DNA from: Candidatus Niyogibacteria bacterium
GTDB taxonomy: Bacteria > Patescibacteriota > Minisyncoccia > JACROR01
Reading direction: 5' to 3'
Length of the DNA stretch: 64,000 bases
Assembly: GCA_016186495.1 (NCBI GenBank)
Contig: JACPLO010000001.1
Location: forward strand, 11,907-75,906
Shown: piece after piece, positions 8,150 to 18,799 of the stretch
How the letters are laid out: each line of letters opens with the position of its first letter
Numbering within the stretch: the first letter of the stretch is position 1
Position numbers and translations under genes: made by a program
Notes under the pieces: generated by a model
Told to the model about the DNA's origin: nothing
The model's input: only the letters and a program-made list of their open reading frames with translations
Database searches by the model: none

Positions 8150-10327
8150 ATGTCCAGAAAAAAATCACTTAAAGATCAAAATCAAAAATGGCATCACGTT
8201 TTAGAGCCGGAAACCAAACGTTCCATTTGGGCGATTATTTTTTTTGCCGTTGCCCTTGTTTTTACTTTGGCGGCCTTTGGAAAAGCGGGATTGGTCGGCG
8301 GGACGCTTTATGCCCTTTTTAACACTTTTTTTGGCGAGGCCTTTTTTTTGATTCCGGTTGTTTTTATTCTGATGGCTTTTTCTTTTCTTTTTGCTTTAAA
8401 AGATAAAATTCTGGCGGCCACGATTATCGGCGCTGTTTTATTCCTTTTAAGCTCTTTAGGCCTGACGGAAGCGATTTTTGGCGAAAAAACCGGCGGCTAT
8501 GTCGGATTTTTAACCGCTTATCCTTTACAGAAACTTTTTGATTTTTGGGCGGCGCTGATAATTTTTTCCTCTTTGATTATCGTTTCTCTTTTAATGATGT
8601 TGAATGTTCCTTTACGCTTATCGTGGATTTGGCGGCGCGCTAAAGAAGAAAAAGAAGAAGAACTGAAAATCAATCAGATTTATCTTGAAGGATCAACGCC
8701 GATTAAAAAAGAAACAAGCGAGATTTCCAAGCCGGAGATAATGACAGCCGAGAAAGAAAAAATAAAAGAAGATTCTAAAACAGGCTGGCTGCCCAAATTC
8801 AGCTGGCGTTTGGCTAAGAAATCCGACCTTGCTTCACTTTCGCAGATTCCGCTTGAACTTTTAGAAGGAGACCGCGGTAAGCCGGCGGGCGGGGATATTA
8901 AAGCCAATTCCAATATCATTAAGCGGACTCTTCAGAATTTTGGCATTGATGTGGAGATGGGCGAAGTAAGCATCGGCCCTTCCATTACTCAATATAGCCT
9001 TCGGCCGGCGGAAGGAATGAAGCTTTCCAAAATTCTGGCTTTGCAGAATGATTTAGCTTTGGCTTTGGCGGCCCATCCGATAAGAATTGAAGCTCCGATT
9101 CCGGGAAAATCTTTGGTCGGGATTGAAATTCCAAACCGAGCAATCGCGACCGTCGGCCTTAAAAATCTTTTATCAACGGAAGAATGGCGGAATTCTTTAA
9201 CTTCGCTTTTTCTGGCGCTGGGCCGAAATGTTTCCGGCCATCCCATTTACGCTGATTTGGCTAAAATGCCCCATCTTTTAATCGCCGGTTCAACCGGAGC
9301 GGGAAAATCAGTGTTTCTTCATTCTTTAATTATTAATCTTCTTTACCAGAATAATCCGGACCAATTGAAGTTTTTGCTGATTGATCCTAAAAGAGTGGAA
9401 TTGCCGGCTTACGAAGACATTCCCCATCTTTTATCGCCGGTTATTATTGACGCCAAAAAGGCGATTTTGGCTTTGCGCTGGGCGGCCAAAGAAATGGAAC
9501 GGCGCTACGATATTTTATCTTCGCATAAAATGCGCGACATCGCTTCTTATCATGAAAAAATAAGCGGCGATGAAAAAGCGGATTTTTTGCCTTTTATCGT
9601 GATTGTCATTGATGAATTGGCGGATATTATGGCGGCTTATCCGCGGGAGTTGGAATCGGCCATTGTCCGGCTGGCGCAGATGTCCAGAGCAGTCGGGATT
9701 CATTTGATTATTTCCACTCAACGGCCGGAAGTTTCCGTGATTACCGGATTGATTAAAGCTAATATTCCCACGCGGATTGCCCTTCGCGCCGCTTCGCAAA
9801 CAGACTCGCGCACTATTCTGGATGCCGCGGGAGCGGAAAAACTTTTAGGAAACGGCGATATGCTTTATCTTTCCGGCGACGCCTCAAAGCCGGTTCGCGT
9901 TCAGGGTGTTTTCGTGACCGCGAAAGAAGTAAAAAGAGTGGTGGAATACCTCAAAAAAGAATACGAGGATTTCGGTGAAGAAAAAGAAGTGAATTTTGAA
10001 AATAATAAGGTTAAGGATGTTTCGGCTGTTTTTGATGAATTGAAACCGATTTCTATTTTTGATGAGATGGAAGATGAGAAAGAAGAAGACGAGCTTTATG
10101 AACAGGCGCGGGAAATAGTGGTTCAGGCAAAACGAGCTTCCACTTCTTATCTTCAGCGCCGCCTGCGGCTCGGTTACGCGCGCGCCGCCCGTTTAATGGA
10201 TGTTTTGGAAGAAAAAGGAGTGGTTGGTCCGGCTGACGGCGCCAAACCAAGGGAAGTGCTGATAAAAAATACTTCATCCGATGCCGAAAGCGACAATCAA
10301 AAGCTGTTAAATGAATTCAAAAATTAG
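8150..10327 (+). CDS. ftsK: DNA translocase FtsK/SpoIIIE
   Basis: N-terminal TM domain, PHLLIAGSTGAGKS Walker A, IDELAD, gamma domain LQRRLRLGYARAARLMD. Confidence 0.96.
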   Translation: MSRKKSLKDQNQKWHHVLEPETKRSIWAIIFFAVALVFTLAAFGKAGLVGGTLYALFNTFFGEAFFLIPVVFILMAFSFLFALKDKILAATIIGAVLFLLSSLGLTEAIFGEKTGGYVGFLTAYPLQKLFDFWAALIIFSSLIIVSLLMMLNVPLRLSWIWRRAKEEKEEELKINQIYLEGSTPIKKETSEISKPEIMTAEKEKIKEDSKTGWLPKFSWRLAKKSDLASLSQIPLELLEGDRGKPAGGDIKANSNIIKRTLQNFGIDVEMGEVSIGPSITQYSLRPAEGMKLSKILALQNDLALALAAHPIRIEAPIPGKSLVGIEIPNRAIATVGLKNLLSTEEWRNSLTSLFLALGRNVSGHPIYADLAKMPHLLIAGSTGAGKSVFLHSLIINLLYQNNPDQLKFLLIDPKRVELPAYEDIPHLLSPVIIDAKKAILALRWAAKEMERRYDILSSHKMRDIASYHEKISGDEKADFLPFIVIVIDELADIMAAYPRELESAIVRLAQMSRAVGIHLIISTQRPEVSVITGLIKANIPTRIALRAASQTDSRTILDAAGAEKLLGNGDMLYLSGDASKPVRVQGVFVTAKEVKRVVEYLKKEYEDFGEEKEVNFENNKVKDVSAVFDELKPISIFDEMEDEKEEDELYEQAREIVVQAKRASTSYLQRRLRLGYARAARLMDVLEEKGVVGPADGAKPREVLIKNTSSDAESDNQKLLNEFKN

Positions 10328-10646
10328 AAACACAGTTATTTTTTCCCTTTGGCTGATTTTCGCCGCCTATTTTTTTTATGAGGCTCGGGATTTATTTTTC
10401 GGTTTTTCGGCGGAAATTTTTTATCCAAAAGAAGGAATGTTTCTTGAGAATTCTGAATTAACGGTGGCGGGAAAGGTTAAGAACGCTTCTTATATTTTTT
10501 TGAACGGCCGCCGCATTTTTACCGATGAAAAAGGTTTTTTTAAAGAAAATTTTATAATGGCGACGGGCGTTAACGCCATCTCGTTGAAAGCGGAGAATAA
10601 GTACGGCCGAATTATTGGCGATCGGCGATTGATTGTGGTAAAATAA
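10311..10646 (+). CDS. Membrane-anchored Ig-like fold hypothetical protein
   Basis: N-terminal TM, then beta-rich V.G.V...LNG...D.G.F...G.N.I pattern. Confidence 0.6.
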   Translation: MNSKIRNTVIFSLWLIFAAYFFYEARDLFFGFSAEIFYPKEGMFLENSELTVAGKVKNASYIFLNGRRIFTDEKGFFKENFIMATGVNAISLKAENKYGRIIGDRRLIVVK

Positions 10647-10677
10647 AAAGCGTATTGTTAATAATATATAAAGCGCA

Positions 10678-11688
10678 ATGTTTAAAAAAACAGTTAAAAA
10701 AGAAGTTAAAATTAAAAATGCTGGCGTGGAAGCCGCTTTGAAAGAAATTCAGGCAAAATACGGCGAAGGCGCGATTATGAAACTTGGCGAGGCCCCCCGG
10801 GTTGACGTGGATAGTATCCCGACCGGCTCTTTAGGTTTGGATTTGGCGTTGGGAATAGGCGGGATGCCGAGGGGGAGAATCGTGGAAATTTTCGGGCCGG
10901 AATCTTCCGGAAAAACCACTTTGGCTTTGAATGTGGTGGCGCAAGCTCAAAAAAAAGGCGGGCTTTGCGCTTTTGTTGACGCGGAACATGCTTTGGATCC
11001 GGAATACGCCAAAAAATTAGGCGTTAAAATAAATGACCTTTTAGTTTCCCAGCCGGATACCGGTGAACAGGCTTTGGATATTGTGGAAGGACTGGTGCGT
11101 TCGGGAAGCATTGATGTAATTGTTGTTGATTCCGTGGCCGCTTTGACGCCGCGGGCGGAAATTGAAGGAGAAATGGGCGCCCATCATGTCGGCACTCAAG
11201 CGCGGCTGATGTCCCAGGCCTTGCGCAAGCTTACGGCGATTTCCGCTAAAACCAAAACTATCGTTATTTTTATAAACCAAGTCAGGATGCAGATTGGCAT
11301 AATGTTCGGCAATCCTGAAACTACGCCGGGCGGCAAAGCGCTTAAATTTTATTCTTCGGTCAGAATTGACGTCCGGCGGCGGGCGCAGATTAAAAAAGGA
11401 GATGAAGTAATCGGCAACCGGGTGAATGCCAAGGTGGTTAAAAATAAAGTCGCCCCTCCTTTTAAAGCGGCGGAATTTGACATTATGTATAACGAAGGAA
11501 TTTCTTACGAAGGAGATATTATTAATCTTGGCGAGAAATACGGATTGATTAAAAAATCCGGCGCTTCATATTCTTATGGCGGAGAAAAAATCGGCCATGG
11601 TTATGAAAACGCGAAAAAATATCTGCGGGAAAATTCGAAAATTACTTCAGAAATCGTTAAAAAAATAAAAGAAGCGGCAAAATCTTAA
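10678..11688 (+). CDS. recA: Recombinase RecA
   Basis: [31 protein letters not shown]. Confidence 0.99.
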   Translation: MFKKTVKKEVKIKNAGVEAALKEIQAKYGEGAIMKLGEAPRVDVDSIPTGSLGLDLALGIGGMPRGRIVEIFGPESSGKTTLALNVVAQAQKKGGLCAFVDAEHALDPEYAKKLGVKINDLLVSQPDTGEQALDIVEGLVRSGSIDVIVVDSVAALTPRAEIEGEMGAHHVGTQARLMSQALRKLTAISAKTKTIVIFINQVRMQIGIMFGNPETTPGGKALKFYSSVRIDVRRRAQIKKGDEVIGNRVNAKVVKNKVAPPFKAAEFDIMYNEGISYEGDIINLGEKYGLIKKSGASYSYGGEKIGHGYENAKKYLRENSKITSEIVKKIKEAAKS

Positions 11689-11692
11689 TTGG

Positions 11693-11896
11693 TCATCTGC
11701 TCGTATAAGGAATGACCGCTATTTCGCGGGCGTGTTTGATGGCCCGCGCCAATTTTCTCTGATGAATGGCGCAAACGCCGGTTTTACGGCGAGGCATAAT
11801 TTTTGATTGCGGATTAATGAATTTTTTTAGAGTTTCCGCGTCTTTATAATCAGCGATGATTGAGTTATTGACGCAAAAGTGGCATTGTTTTTTCAT
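11693..11896 (-). CDS. rpsR: 30S ribosomal protein S18
   Basis: DYKD...KIMPRRKTGVCAIHQRKLARAIKHAR; rpsF-ssb-rpsR order. Confidence 0.96.
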   Translation of the reverse strand: MKKQCHFCVNNSIIADYKDAETLKKFINPQSKIMPRRKTGVCAIHQRKLARAIKHAREIAVIPYTSR

Positions 11897-11914
11897 TTTT
11901 TCGCGGCTTAATTT

Positions 11915-12364
11915 TTAAAAAGGAATATCTTCCGGATTAATATTTTCTTCGGGATATTCTATGGTGTCAAGTTTTTCTTCCGGCGGCGCTTGTCTTGTAA
12001 TTTCTGCCGGATCAACGGCGCTGGCCGCGAATTTTACGCTTTTCGGCCCCATTTGCATGGCATCGGCGATGATTTCCGTGGTATATCGCTTGACGCCGTC
12101 TTTTCCGTCCCAGGAACGGTTATTAATCCTTCCTTCAATCATGGTCAGCGAACCTTTTTTCAGATATTGATTGGCGATTTCCGCCAGTTTGCCGAACATC
12201 ACAATGTTATGAAATTGGGTGTCTTGCTGGCGCTCGTTGTTTTGGTTTTTCCATATCCGATTGGTCGCCAGTCCGAAATTAACCACTGATTTTCCGGAAG
12301 AAAGAGCCCGCATTTCCGGATCTCTTGTCAGATTGCCGATTAAAAATACTTTGTTTAGATTCAT
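11915..12364 (-). CDS. ssb: Single-stranded DNA-binding protein
   Basis: LNKVFLIGNLTRDPE start; C-terminal DIPF. Confidence 0.97.
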   Translation of the reverse strand: MNLNKVFLIGNLTRDPEMRALSSGKSVVNFGLATNRIWKNQNNERQQDTQFHNIVMFGKLAEIANQYLKKGSLTMIEGRINNRSWDGKDGVKRYTTEIIADAMQMGPKSVKFAASAVDPAEITRQAPPEEKLDTIEYPEENINPEDIPF

Positions 12365-12374
12365 AAAATATCGG

Positions 12375-12875
12375 TTAGCCTAAAATTTCTTCTAATTTTT
12401 TATCCAATTCTTCTTCTTTGACTTCTTCTTTCTTTTCCGTTCTTTTTTCTGTTGGCGCCGGTTTTCTGATTATCCGTTTTTTAGAAATTTTACTTGATTC
12501 TTTCGGTATTTTAGACAACGAAAATCGTGTTATTTCTTCTATTTTTTTGAAACGTTCTTTTAATCCCGCTGTTTCTTCCGGCTTGATCATAAATTTAAAC
12601 CAACCCCGGCCTCCTTCCGTTATTTTGTTTATTTTATAAGCCAGCCGGCTGATTTGGGGCGGTTTTTCTCCGATAATGATTCCTTTTTGTTCCAGAATTA
12701 GATTTCTGACGGTTTCCAGTGTTTTTATAACTGCGTTTTCTTCCAGGCCAGCTTTGATAATATAAAAAAATTCGTAAAATCTCGGCTCTAAAGGAAGCTT
12801 AAATTCATCCTCAGCGATTGGCTGAATTTCTTCTTCAGTATTAATTTCCGCGATTGCGTTTTCCATTATTCCCAT
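12375..12875 (-). CDS. rpsF: 30S ribosomal protein S6
   Basis: YEFFYII...RLAYKI motif; operon position upstream of ssb. Confidence 0.85.
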   Translation of the reverse strand: MGIMENAIAEINTEEEIQPIAEDEFKLPLEPRFYEFFYIIKAGLEENAVIKTLETVRNLILEQKGIIIGEKPPQISRLAYKINKITEGGRGWFKFMIKPEETAGLKERFKKIEEITRFSLSKIPKESSKISKKRIIRKPAPTEKRTEKKEEVKEEELDKKLEEILG

Positions 12876-12902
12876 CTTATCTTAAATATAAAAATATCGC
12901 AA

Positions 12903-13934
12903 CTAAATTTTAAATTCCATTACATCGCCGTCCTGAACTAAATAGTCTTTACCTTCAAGGCGGAGAAGCCCTTGATTGCGGGCTTGGTTCCAACCGCCGG
13001 CTTTGATCAAGTCTTTCCAGAAAATAACATTGGCTTTGATGAATTTTTCTTCAAAATCGCTGTGAATGGCGCCGCCGGCTTTTTTCGCGGTCGCGTCCCG
13101 TTTTACGGTCCAGGCGCGCGTTTCTTTTTCTCCGGTCGTAAAAAATGAAATTAAACCCAGTATTTCATAAGCTTTTTTAATTATCAAATCTAAACTTGTT
13201 TCTGTCCGAAACTCCCGTTGCTCTTCATCGGAAAGAGCGTTCAGTTCCGATTCTTCTTTAATGTTAAGAGCCAGAGAATTTTCAAAATGTTCAGTTGCGG
13301 CGGACGGATCGCCGTTGAAAACATACATCAAAGGTTTGGCGGTCAGCAGATTTATGCTTTGGCCAATTTCTTTTTCTTCCGGCGGCCGCTGATTGGCCAA
13401 CTGGCCTCGGCTTAAACCGTTTTTTAACGATTCAAAAAGTTTAAGCCGATTATTGATTTTTTTTGCCGCTTCTTTATCAACCCCTCTTAATTCTTTTTCA
13501 ATTTTAGGCAAGTGATTATTGATTGTTTCCAGATCTTTTAAGATTAATTCAGTGGCAATGATTTCCATATCTCTTTTAGGGCTGACAGTTCCTTCTACAT
13601 GAGCGACGTCTGATTTTTCAAAAACGCGCACCACTTCCAGGATAGCGTCCGCTTCGCGGATATGGCGCAAAAATTGGTTGCCTAATCCCTCGCCTTGATT
13701 AGCGCCTTTAACCAGGCCGGCAATATCCACAAATTCCACAATCGCGGAGACTATTTTTTCTGAACGGGAAATTTCCGCCAGTTTAATTAATCTTTCGTCG
13801 GGCACCGGCACGACGCCGACGTTCGGCTCAATCGTGGCAAAAGGGTAATTGGAAGTATCCACCTCTCGCTTAGTCAAGGCTTGAAACAAAGTTGATTTTC
13901 CCACATTGGGCAATCCGACAATGCCTATTTTCAT
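12903..13934 (-). CDS. ychF: Ribosome-binding ATPase YchF
   Basis: GIVGLPNVGKST, YPFATIEPN, DIAGLVKGA, TGS domain EGKDYLVQDGD. Confidence 0.96.
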   Translation of the reverse strand: MKIGIVGLPNVGKSTLFQALTKREVDTSNYPFATIEPNVGVVPVPDERLIKLAEISRSEKIVSAIVEFVDIAGLVKGANQGEGLGNQFLRHIREADAILEVVRVFEKSDVAHVEGTVSPKRDMEIIATELILKDLETINNHLPKIEKELRGVDKEAAKKINNRLKLFESLKNGLSRGQLANQRPPEEKEIGQSINLLTAKPLMYVFNGDPSAATEHFENSLALNIKEESELNALSDEEQREFRTETSLDLIIKKAYEILGLISFFTTGEKETRAWTVKRDATAKKAGGAIHSDFEEKFIKANVIFWKDLIKAGGWNQARNQGLLRLEGKDYLVQDGDVMEFKI

Positions 13935-13970
13935 ATCTGTTTTATATTAGAACATGCTAAAATAAAAACA

Positions 13971-15323
13971 ATGCCGATTAACGCCAAAATTTTTAAAGAA
14001 TATGATATTCGCGGAGTTTATCCCAATGAAATAAATAAGGAAGCGGCTTATAAAATCGGCCGCGCTTTTTGCGTTTATCTTGGCAAAAAAAATCCAAAAA
14101 TAATAATGGGCCGCGATGTTCGTCTTTCTTCGCCGGAGTTGAGCGAGGCTTTTATCAAAGGATGTTTAATCCAAGGCGGCGAAGTAAGCGATATTGGAAT
14201 TGTTACCACTCCCGCGCTTTTTTTCTCCGTTAATCTTTTAAAAGCCGATGCGGGCGCGATTATTACCGCTTCTCATAATCCTTCCGAATATAACGGCATT
14301 AAACTGGTTGGGAAAAAAGCGGTTTCCATTTTGCCAAAAGAACTTTTAAATTATTTGAAAGCCGAATTTTTAAATAAATCCCCGCAATTAAAAAAGCAGG
14401 GTTTTTTAAAAAAAGTGGATATTATTTCCAGTTATGTTGATTTCCTTTCTTCTTTTGCCAAAAAAGAAATTAACGGCCAATTTCGGTTAGTGGCGGACGC
14501 TTCCAACGGCGCGGCCGGAGAAATGCTTAAACTTCTTTTAAATAAATTAGAGATTTCTTATTGGCCTTTATTTTTTGAGTTGGACGGCAATTTCCCCAAC
14601 CATTCGCCAAATCCTCTTGAAAAAAAATCTCAACAAAAAGCTAAAGAGCTGATTATCCATCGGGGCGCGGATTTCGGTTTTGTTTTAGACGCGGACGGCG
14701 ACCGGATAGTTTTTCTGGATGAAAAAGGCAAAGAAATACGCGGCGATTTGATCATCGCCTTTTTAGCCGATTATTTGGTGAAAAAAGGCGATCGCGTTTT
14801 AACGGATTCGGCGGCCAGCCGGATTGTTTTTGACGTGGCTAAAGAAAAGGGCGCTGAAGCTGAGCGCGCCAGAACCGGCCATTTGAATATTGAAGACGCG
14901 ATGCGGAAAAAAAGAGCGCCTTTCGGCGGCGAAGTTTCCGGCCATTATTATTTTAAGGATTTCTTTTTTTCCTCCTCCGCTCTTTTTACGCTGATTTGCG
15001 TTTTAAATATCTTAAGCGGATTAAGAAAAACTCTTTCTTGCGCTCTTGAGCCTTATGAAAAATATTTCCATTCCCGCGAATATAATTTTAAAATTAAAGA
15101 CCAAAAAACCGCGGAAAAAATTATCGTTGTTCTGAAAAAGAAGTATCTTGGCGGTAAGCAAAGTTTTATTGACGGCTTGACCGTGGAATATCCGGAATGG
15201 TGGTTTAATATCCGCCCTTCGCATACCGAACCGATAATTCGCTTAAATATAGAAGCTGATGAAAAATTCCTGCTTCAAGAAAAGATTAAAGAACTTACTT
15301 CTTTAATAAACGCATTTCATTAA
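13971..15323 (+). CDS. Phosphomannomutase/phosphoglucomutase
   Basis: YDIRG, ITASHNP, DADGDR, GEVSGH; extended -10 TGCTAAAAT 7 nt before the ATG. Confidence 0.93.
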   Translation: MPINAKIFKEYDIRGVYPNEINKEAAYKIGRAFCVYLGKKNPKIIMGRDVRLSSPELSEAFIKGCLIQGGEVSDIGIVTTPALFFSVNLLKADAGAIITASHNPSEYNGIKLVGKKAVSILPKELLNYLKAEFLNKSPQLKKQGFLKKVDIISSYVDFLSSFAKKEINGQFRLVADASNGAAGEMLKLLLNKLEISYWPLFFELDGNFPNHSPNPLEKKSQQKAKELIIHRGADFGFVLDADGDRIVFLDEKGKEIRGDLIIAFLADYLVKKGDRVLTDSAASRIVFDVAKEKGAEAERARTGHLNIEDAMRKKRAPFGGEVSGHYYFKDFFFSSSALFTLICVLNILSGLRKTLSCALEPYEKYFHSREYNFKIKDQKTAEKIIVVLKKKYLGGKQSFIDGLTVEYPEWWFNIRPSHTEPIIRLNIEADEKFLLQEKIKELTSLINAFH

Positions 15324-16324
15324 ATTCCGATTGTTTTTTTAATTTCAGCCAGAGTCCGGTTGGCGATTTTTCGGGCTGTTTTTGAACCGTTTTCCAGAAT
15401 TTTTCGGATTTTATCCGTATTTTCCATCAATTTTTGATAGCGTTTTTGCAAAGGCGTTAAAAATCCGATAATTTCTTCAGCCATTTCTTTTTTGAATTCT
15501 TTATAGCCAAGCCCTTCAAATTTTTTTTCAATTTCTTCTCTGTTTTTATCCGCGGCAAGCTGATAAAGCGCGATTAGATTGGAAAGCGCCGGTTTTTGGG
15601 CGGAATATTTAATTTCCCGGCCGGAATCCGTCACTGCCCGTTTTATTTTATGCCGGATTTTTTCCGGCAAATCTAAAAGCGAGATGTAAGAATTTTCATC
15701 GGCGGATTTGGACATTTTTTTGGTTGGGTCCTGGAGCGACATTATTTTAGCCGTTTTTTCAAAAAGCGCGGCTGGTTTTTTTAATACTTCGCCGCCTATT
15801 CCTCCTTTAGGGGAAAAACGGCGATTAAAGCGGCGGGCCAGTTCGCGCGCCAGTTCCAGATGCGGCGCCTGGTCTTGGCCGATAGGAACCCGTTCCGCTT
15901 TGTATAAAAGAATATCCGCGGCTTGCAGGACCGGATAAGAGAGAAGTCCGAGCGTGTTTGATTTTGGATGTTCCGCTTTCATTTCTTTGTAAGTCGGATT
16001 CAGTTCCAGCAGAGAAAGAGGAGAAATCATTCCTAAAATCACCGCCAATTCGCTGTGTTCCGGAACTTTGGATTGGATAAAAAGCGTTGATTTTTTAGGA
16101 TTAAGTCCGGCCGCCAGCCAGAGCGCGGCCATTTTAACGGTGTTTTTTTTGATTTGAGCGGTGTCTTCAAAAGTGGTAAGGGCGTGCAGATCGGCGATCA
16201 TATAAAAACATCGGTAAAAATCCTGGAGTTTTACCCAATTTTTCAGCACGCTGAAATAATGCCCTAAATGAAGTTCGCCCGTGGGGCGCATAGCTGAAAG
16301 GATAATTTGTTTGTTTTTAATCAT
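15320..16324 (-). CDS. trpS: Tryptophan--tRNA ligase
   Basis: PTGELHLGH, YPVLQAADIL, GQDQ, KMSKS. Confidence 0.97.
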   Translation of the reverse strand: MIKNKQIILSAMRPTGELHLGHYFSVLKNWVKLQDFYRCFYMIADLHALTTFEDTAQIKKNTVKMAALWLAAGLNPKKSTLFIQSKVPEHSELAVILGMISPLSLLELNPTYKEMKAEHPKSNTLGLLSYPVLQAADILLYKAERVPIGQDQAPHLELARELARRFNRRFSPKGGIGGEVLKKPAALFEKTAKIMSLQDPTKKMSKSADENSYISLLDLPEKIRHKIKRAVTDSGREIKYSAQKPALSNLIALYQLAADKNREEIEKKFEGLGYKEFKKEMAEEIIGFLTPLQKRYQKLMENTDKIRKILENGSKTARKIANRTLAEIKKTIGI

Positions 16325-16378
16325 TGTTTAGATTGTAGCAAAACTTGTTTAAAATTAAAAATTCGCTATAATATAATT

Positions 16379-16843
16379 ATGGACAATCTGCCTCAAATTC
16401 GTAAAAAAGGATATTTAAAAGAAGTTTTCAGATTTTATTTTAAACCGAATTGGCAATCGGCGGTTTTGACCACGTTTTATCTTTTTTTCTTTTCATATTT
16501 TGCCGTTTTTTATATCGGTAATGTCTGGTTAGCCATTAAATTCATCTGGTACACAATGATTCATTCCGGCTCTCTTTTAGGCCTTTCTTATCTTTTTTGG
16601 GGAGTATTATTTTTAATCACTTTGATTGTGCCTTTTTCCGTCAGCGTTTACGCCTTGATTTTGCTTTATGAAATTTGGCTGAAAGACTGGGAAAAAAAGG
16701 ATAAAGTTCTAGGCACGATTCTTTTGATAATCTCGGTGCCAGTCTTGATTATTTTGACGGATGAAATTGTCAGAGTGGCCGCTTCCCGGGATGTTTTAAG
16801 GGAATTTTCTCAACTAAATAGTCTTAATATAAAGGGGAAATAA
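16379..16843 (+). CDS. Hypothetical membrane protein
   Basis: Three or four hydrophobic helices; ATG at 16379 follows TATAAT. Confidence 0.6.
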   Translation: MDNLPQIRKKGYLKEVFRFYFKPNWQSAVLTTFYLFFFSYFAVFYIGNVWLAIKFIWYTMIHSGSLLGLSYLFWGVLFLITLIVPFSVSVYALILLYEIWLKDWEKKDKVLGTILLIISVPVLIILTDEIVRVAASRDVLREFSQLNSLNIKGK

Positions 16844-16851
16844 GGAGAGGG

Positions 16852-18636
16852 TCAAACTTCAATAATCACGGGCAGCACCATCGGCCGTTTTTCGGTTTGG
16901 GTGAACAAAAATTTTCCGAGCCGTTCTTTCAAGACTTCCTTCACATAATCCCAATTTATAGGATGGATATTGGAAGCGGTTTCTTCAATGATTTTCAGAG
17001 TCAATTGGCGCGTGTGATAAAGAAGTTTTCTGGATTCCCGGAGATAAATGAAGCCGCGCGAAATAATATCGGGTGAACCTTTTACTTTTCCGTTCTGGCT
17101 GTCCACCACCGCGATAATGACAAAAATGCCGTCCTGGGCCAGAGCTTGGCGGTCTCTTAGGACCACTTCCTGCATGTCGCCCACGCCCAAACCATCCACC
17201 ATTACGTAGTTGGCGGGCACATATTCTTTGGTTAGTTGAACTTTGTTTTTTGAGGCCTCAACAATTTGTCCGTTGTCCGAAACGATAATTTGATCTTCTT
17301 TTAAGCCGGCTTGGCGGCCGATTTTTGCGTGAATTTTTAAGAAAGAATGATTTCCTTCAATCGGCATCAGGTAGCGGGGCTTGATCATTTGAATCATTTC
17401 TTTTAAGTCTTCCTGCTTGGCGTGGCCGCCCGCGTGAATGTCCAGCATCCGGTAGTTGATTACTTCGGCGCCGTCGCGATAAAGTTTATCGGTCAGATGC
17501 TGGACCGAACGTTCGTTTCCGGGAACGACCGACGATGAAAATACCACCGTGTCGGTCGGCTGGATCCGCAGATATTTGTGCCTTTTATTCACGATTCTCA
17601 TTAAAACGGCATTGTCTTCCCCTTGGGCGCCGGTGGCTAAAATTATAATTTTATGAGGCGGGTAATTGGCCGCGGCGCTTATCGGAATAACGGTTTTTTT
17701 ATCAAATTTCATGTAGCCGAGTTGGGTGGCAATTTCAATATTTGTTTTCATGGAGTAGCCCTCAATGATGATTTTTTTATCGTGTTTTTCCGCGATTTGA
17801 ATAATTTCATTAAGCCGGCCCAAAAGAGAAGCAAACGTTCCGATGATCAATCGGCCGGTGGCGTTTTTAATTATTGATTCTATTTCCAGAGTAATTTCTT
17901 TTTCACTGAATTGATGTCCCGCGGATGAAGCGTTAGTGCTGTCAGCCATCAAAAGAAGAACATTTTTTTCGCCGAGGGCTTTGATTTTTTCAATTTCTGT
18001 TTTACCGGCGATATCTGATTTAAGATCCAGTTTAAAATCGCCGGTGTGAATCAAAATGCCGACTGGCGTATTGATGATTATTCCCACGGAAGCGGGGATG
18101 TTATGCGAAATGCCGAAAAATTCCAGCTGAAAAGGGCCGGCTTTGACTTTTTTTTCGGTATTTATTTCTTTAAGGTTAAGAGGCGTGGCGGGTTTGTAGT
18201 CAGTCTGCCTTTTTTTTATGATCGCCAGAGTAAGATCCGTGCCAAGAATCGGGATATTCCGGCCAAGTTTAGGCATTAAATGGGGGATTCCTCCGATGTG
18301 GTCGAAGTGGGCGTGAGTAATGATAATACCCTTGATTTTTTCCCGTTTAGGAATCAGGGAAGAAACATTAGGGATGATATAGTCAATGCCCGGCATATTT
18401 TCTTCTGGAAATTGAAGACCCATGTCAATGATAATAATGTCTCCGTGCTGGGGCGAGCCGGGATTATGGTATTCCAAATACATCATATTGCGGCCGACCT
18501 CCTCTAATCCTCCCAAAGGCACAATTTTAATATGCTCATTTTTTTGGCCGACTATTTTTTGCGCGTGGCGAAAAACCGTTCGCCGGGGACGGGAAGGAGA
18601 AACAGCTCTTTCTCTGTATTTTTTTGTCATAATCAT
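16852..18636 (-). CDS. rnj: Ribonuclease J
   Basis: PLGGLEEVGRN, THAHFDHIG, HTGDFK, TGAQGE, KRPMVLPVIIEV. Confidence 0.96.
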   Translation of the reverse strand: MIMTKKYRERAVSPSRPRRTVFRHAQKIVGQKNEHIKIVPLGGLEEVGRNMMYLEYHNPGSPQHGDIIIIDMGLQFPEENMPGIDYIIPNVSSLIPKREKIKGIIITHAHFDHIGGIPHLMPKLGRNIPILGTDLTLAIIKKRQTDYKPATPLNLKEINTEKKVKAGPFQLEFFGISHNIPASVGIIINTPVGILIHTGDFKLDLKSDIAGKTEIEKIKALGEKNVLLLMADSTNASSAGHQFSEKEITLEIESIIKNATGRLIIGTFASLLGRLNEIIQIAEKHDKKIIIEGYSMKTNIEIATQLGYMKFDKKTVIPISAAANYPPHKIIILATGAQGEDNAVLMRIVNKRHKYLRIQPTDTVVFSSSVVPGNERSVQHLTDKLYRDGAEVINYRMLDIHAGGHAKQEDLKEMIQMIKPRYLMPIEGNHSFLKIHAKIGRQAGLKEDQIIVSDNGQIVEASKNKVQLTKEYVPANYVMVDGLGVGDMQEVVLRDRQALAQDGIFVIIAVVDSQNGKVKGSPDIISRGFIYLRESRKLLYHTRQLTLKIIEETASNIHPINWDYVKEVLKERLGKFLFTQTEKRPMVLPVIIEV

Positions 18637-18690
18637 AATGCTGGGAGGGAGATTTGAACTCCCACTCTCTCGCGAGAACTAGCTCCCTTG

Positions 18691-18799
18691 TCCCGTTAGA
18701 AGTGTCGGAGATGGGATTTGAACCCATACAGTCTTGCGACTACTAGCTCCTGAAGCTAGCGCGTCTGCCAATTCCGCCACTCCGACACTTCTAACGGGA
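18691..18799. mobile_element. Palindromic mini-element copy 2 (109 bp) carrying a tRNA-Leu
   Basis: Perfect 20-bp inverted repeat TCCCGTTAGAAGTGTCGGAG / CTCCGACACTTCTAACGGGA; flanks CTTG and TGAA. Confidence 0.85.
18703..18786 (-). tRNA. tRNA-Leu(CAG), intact, nested inside the outer tRNA-Leu
   Basis: GTCGGAG TG GCGGAATTGGCAGACGC G CTAGC TTCAGGA GCTAG T AGTC-GCAA-GACT GT ATGGG TTCAAAT CCCAT CTCCGAC A; canonical cloverleaf, discriminator A, no encoded CCA. Confidence 0.93.

Noticed and set aside
18440-18472. Extra residues HNPGSPQHG in RNase J as a decayed element
   Set aside because: No convincing inverted repeat or 4-nt duplication.
18691-18799. Group I/II or archaeal BHB tRNA intron
   Set aside because: Too short for a ribozyme, fully accounted for by IR arms plus a tRNA, and no bulge-helix-bulge is apparent.
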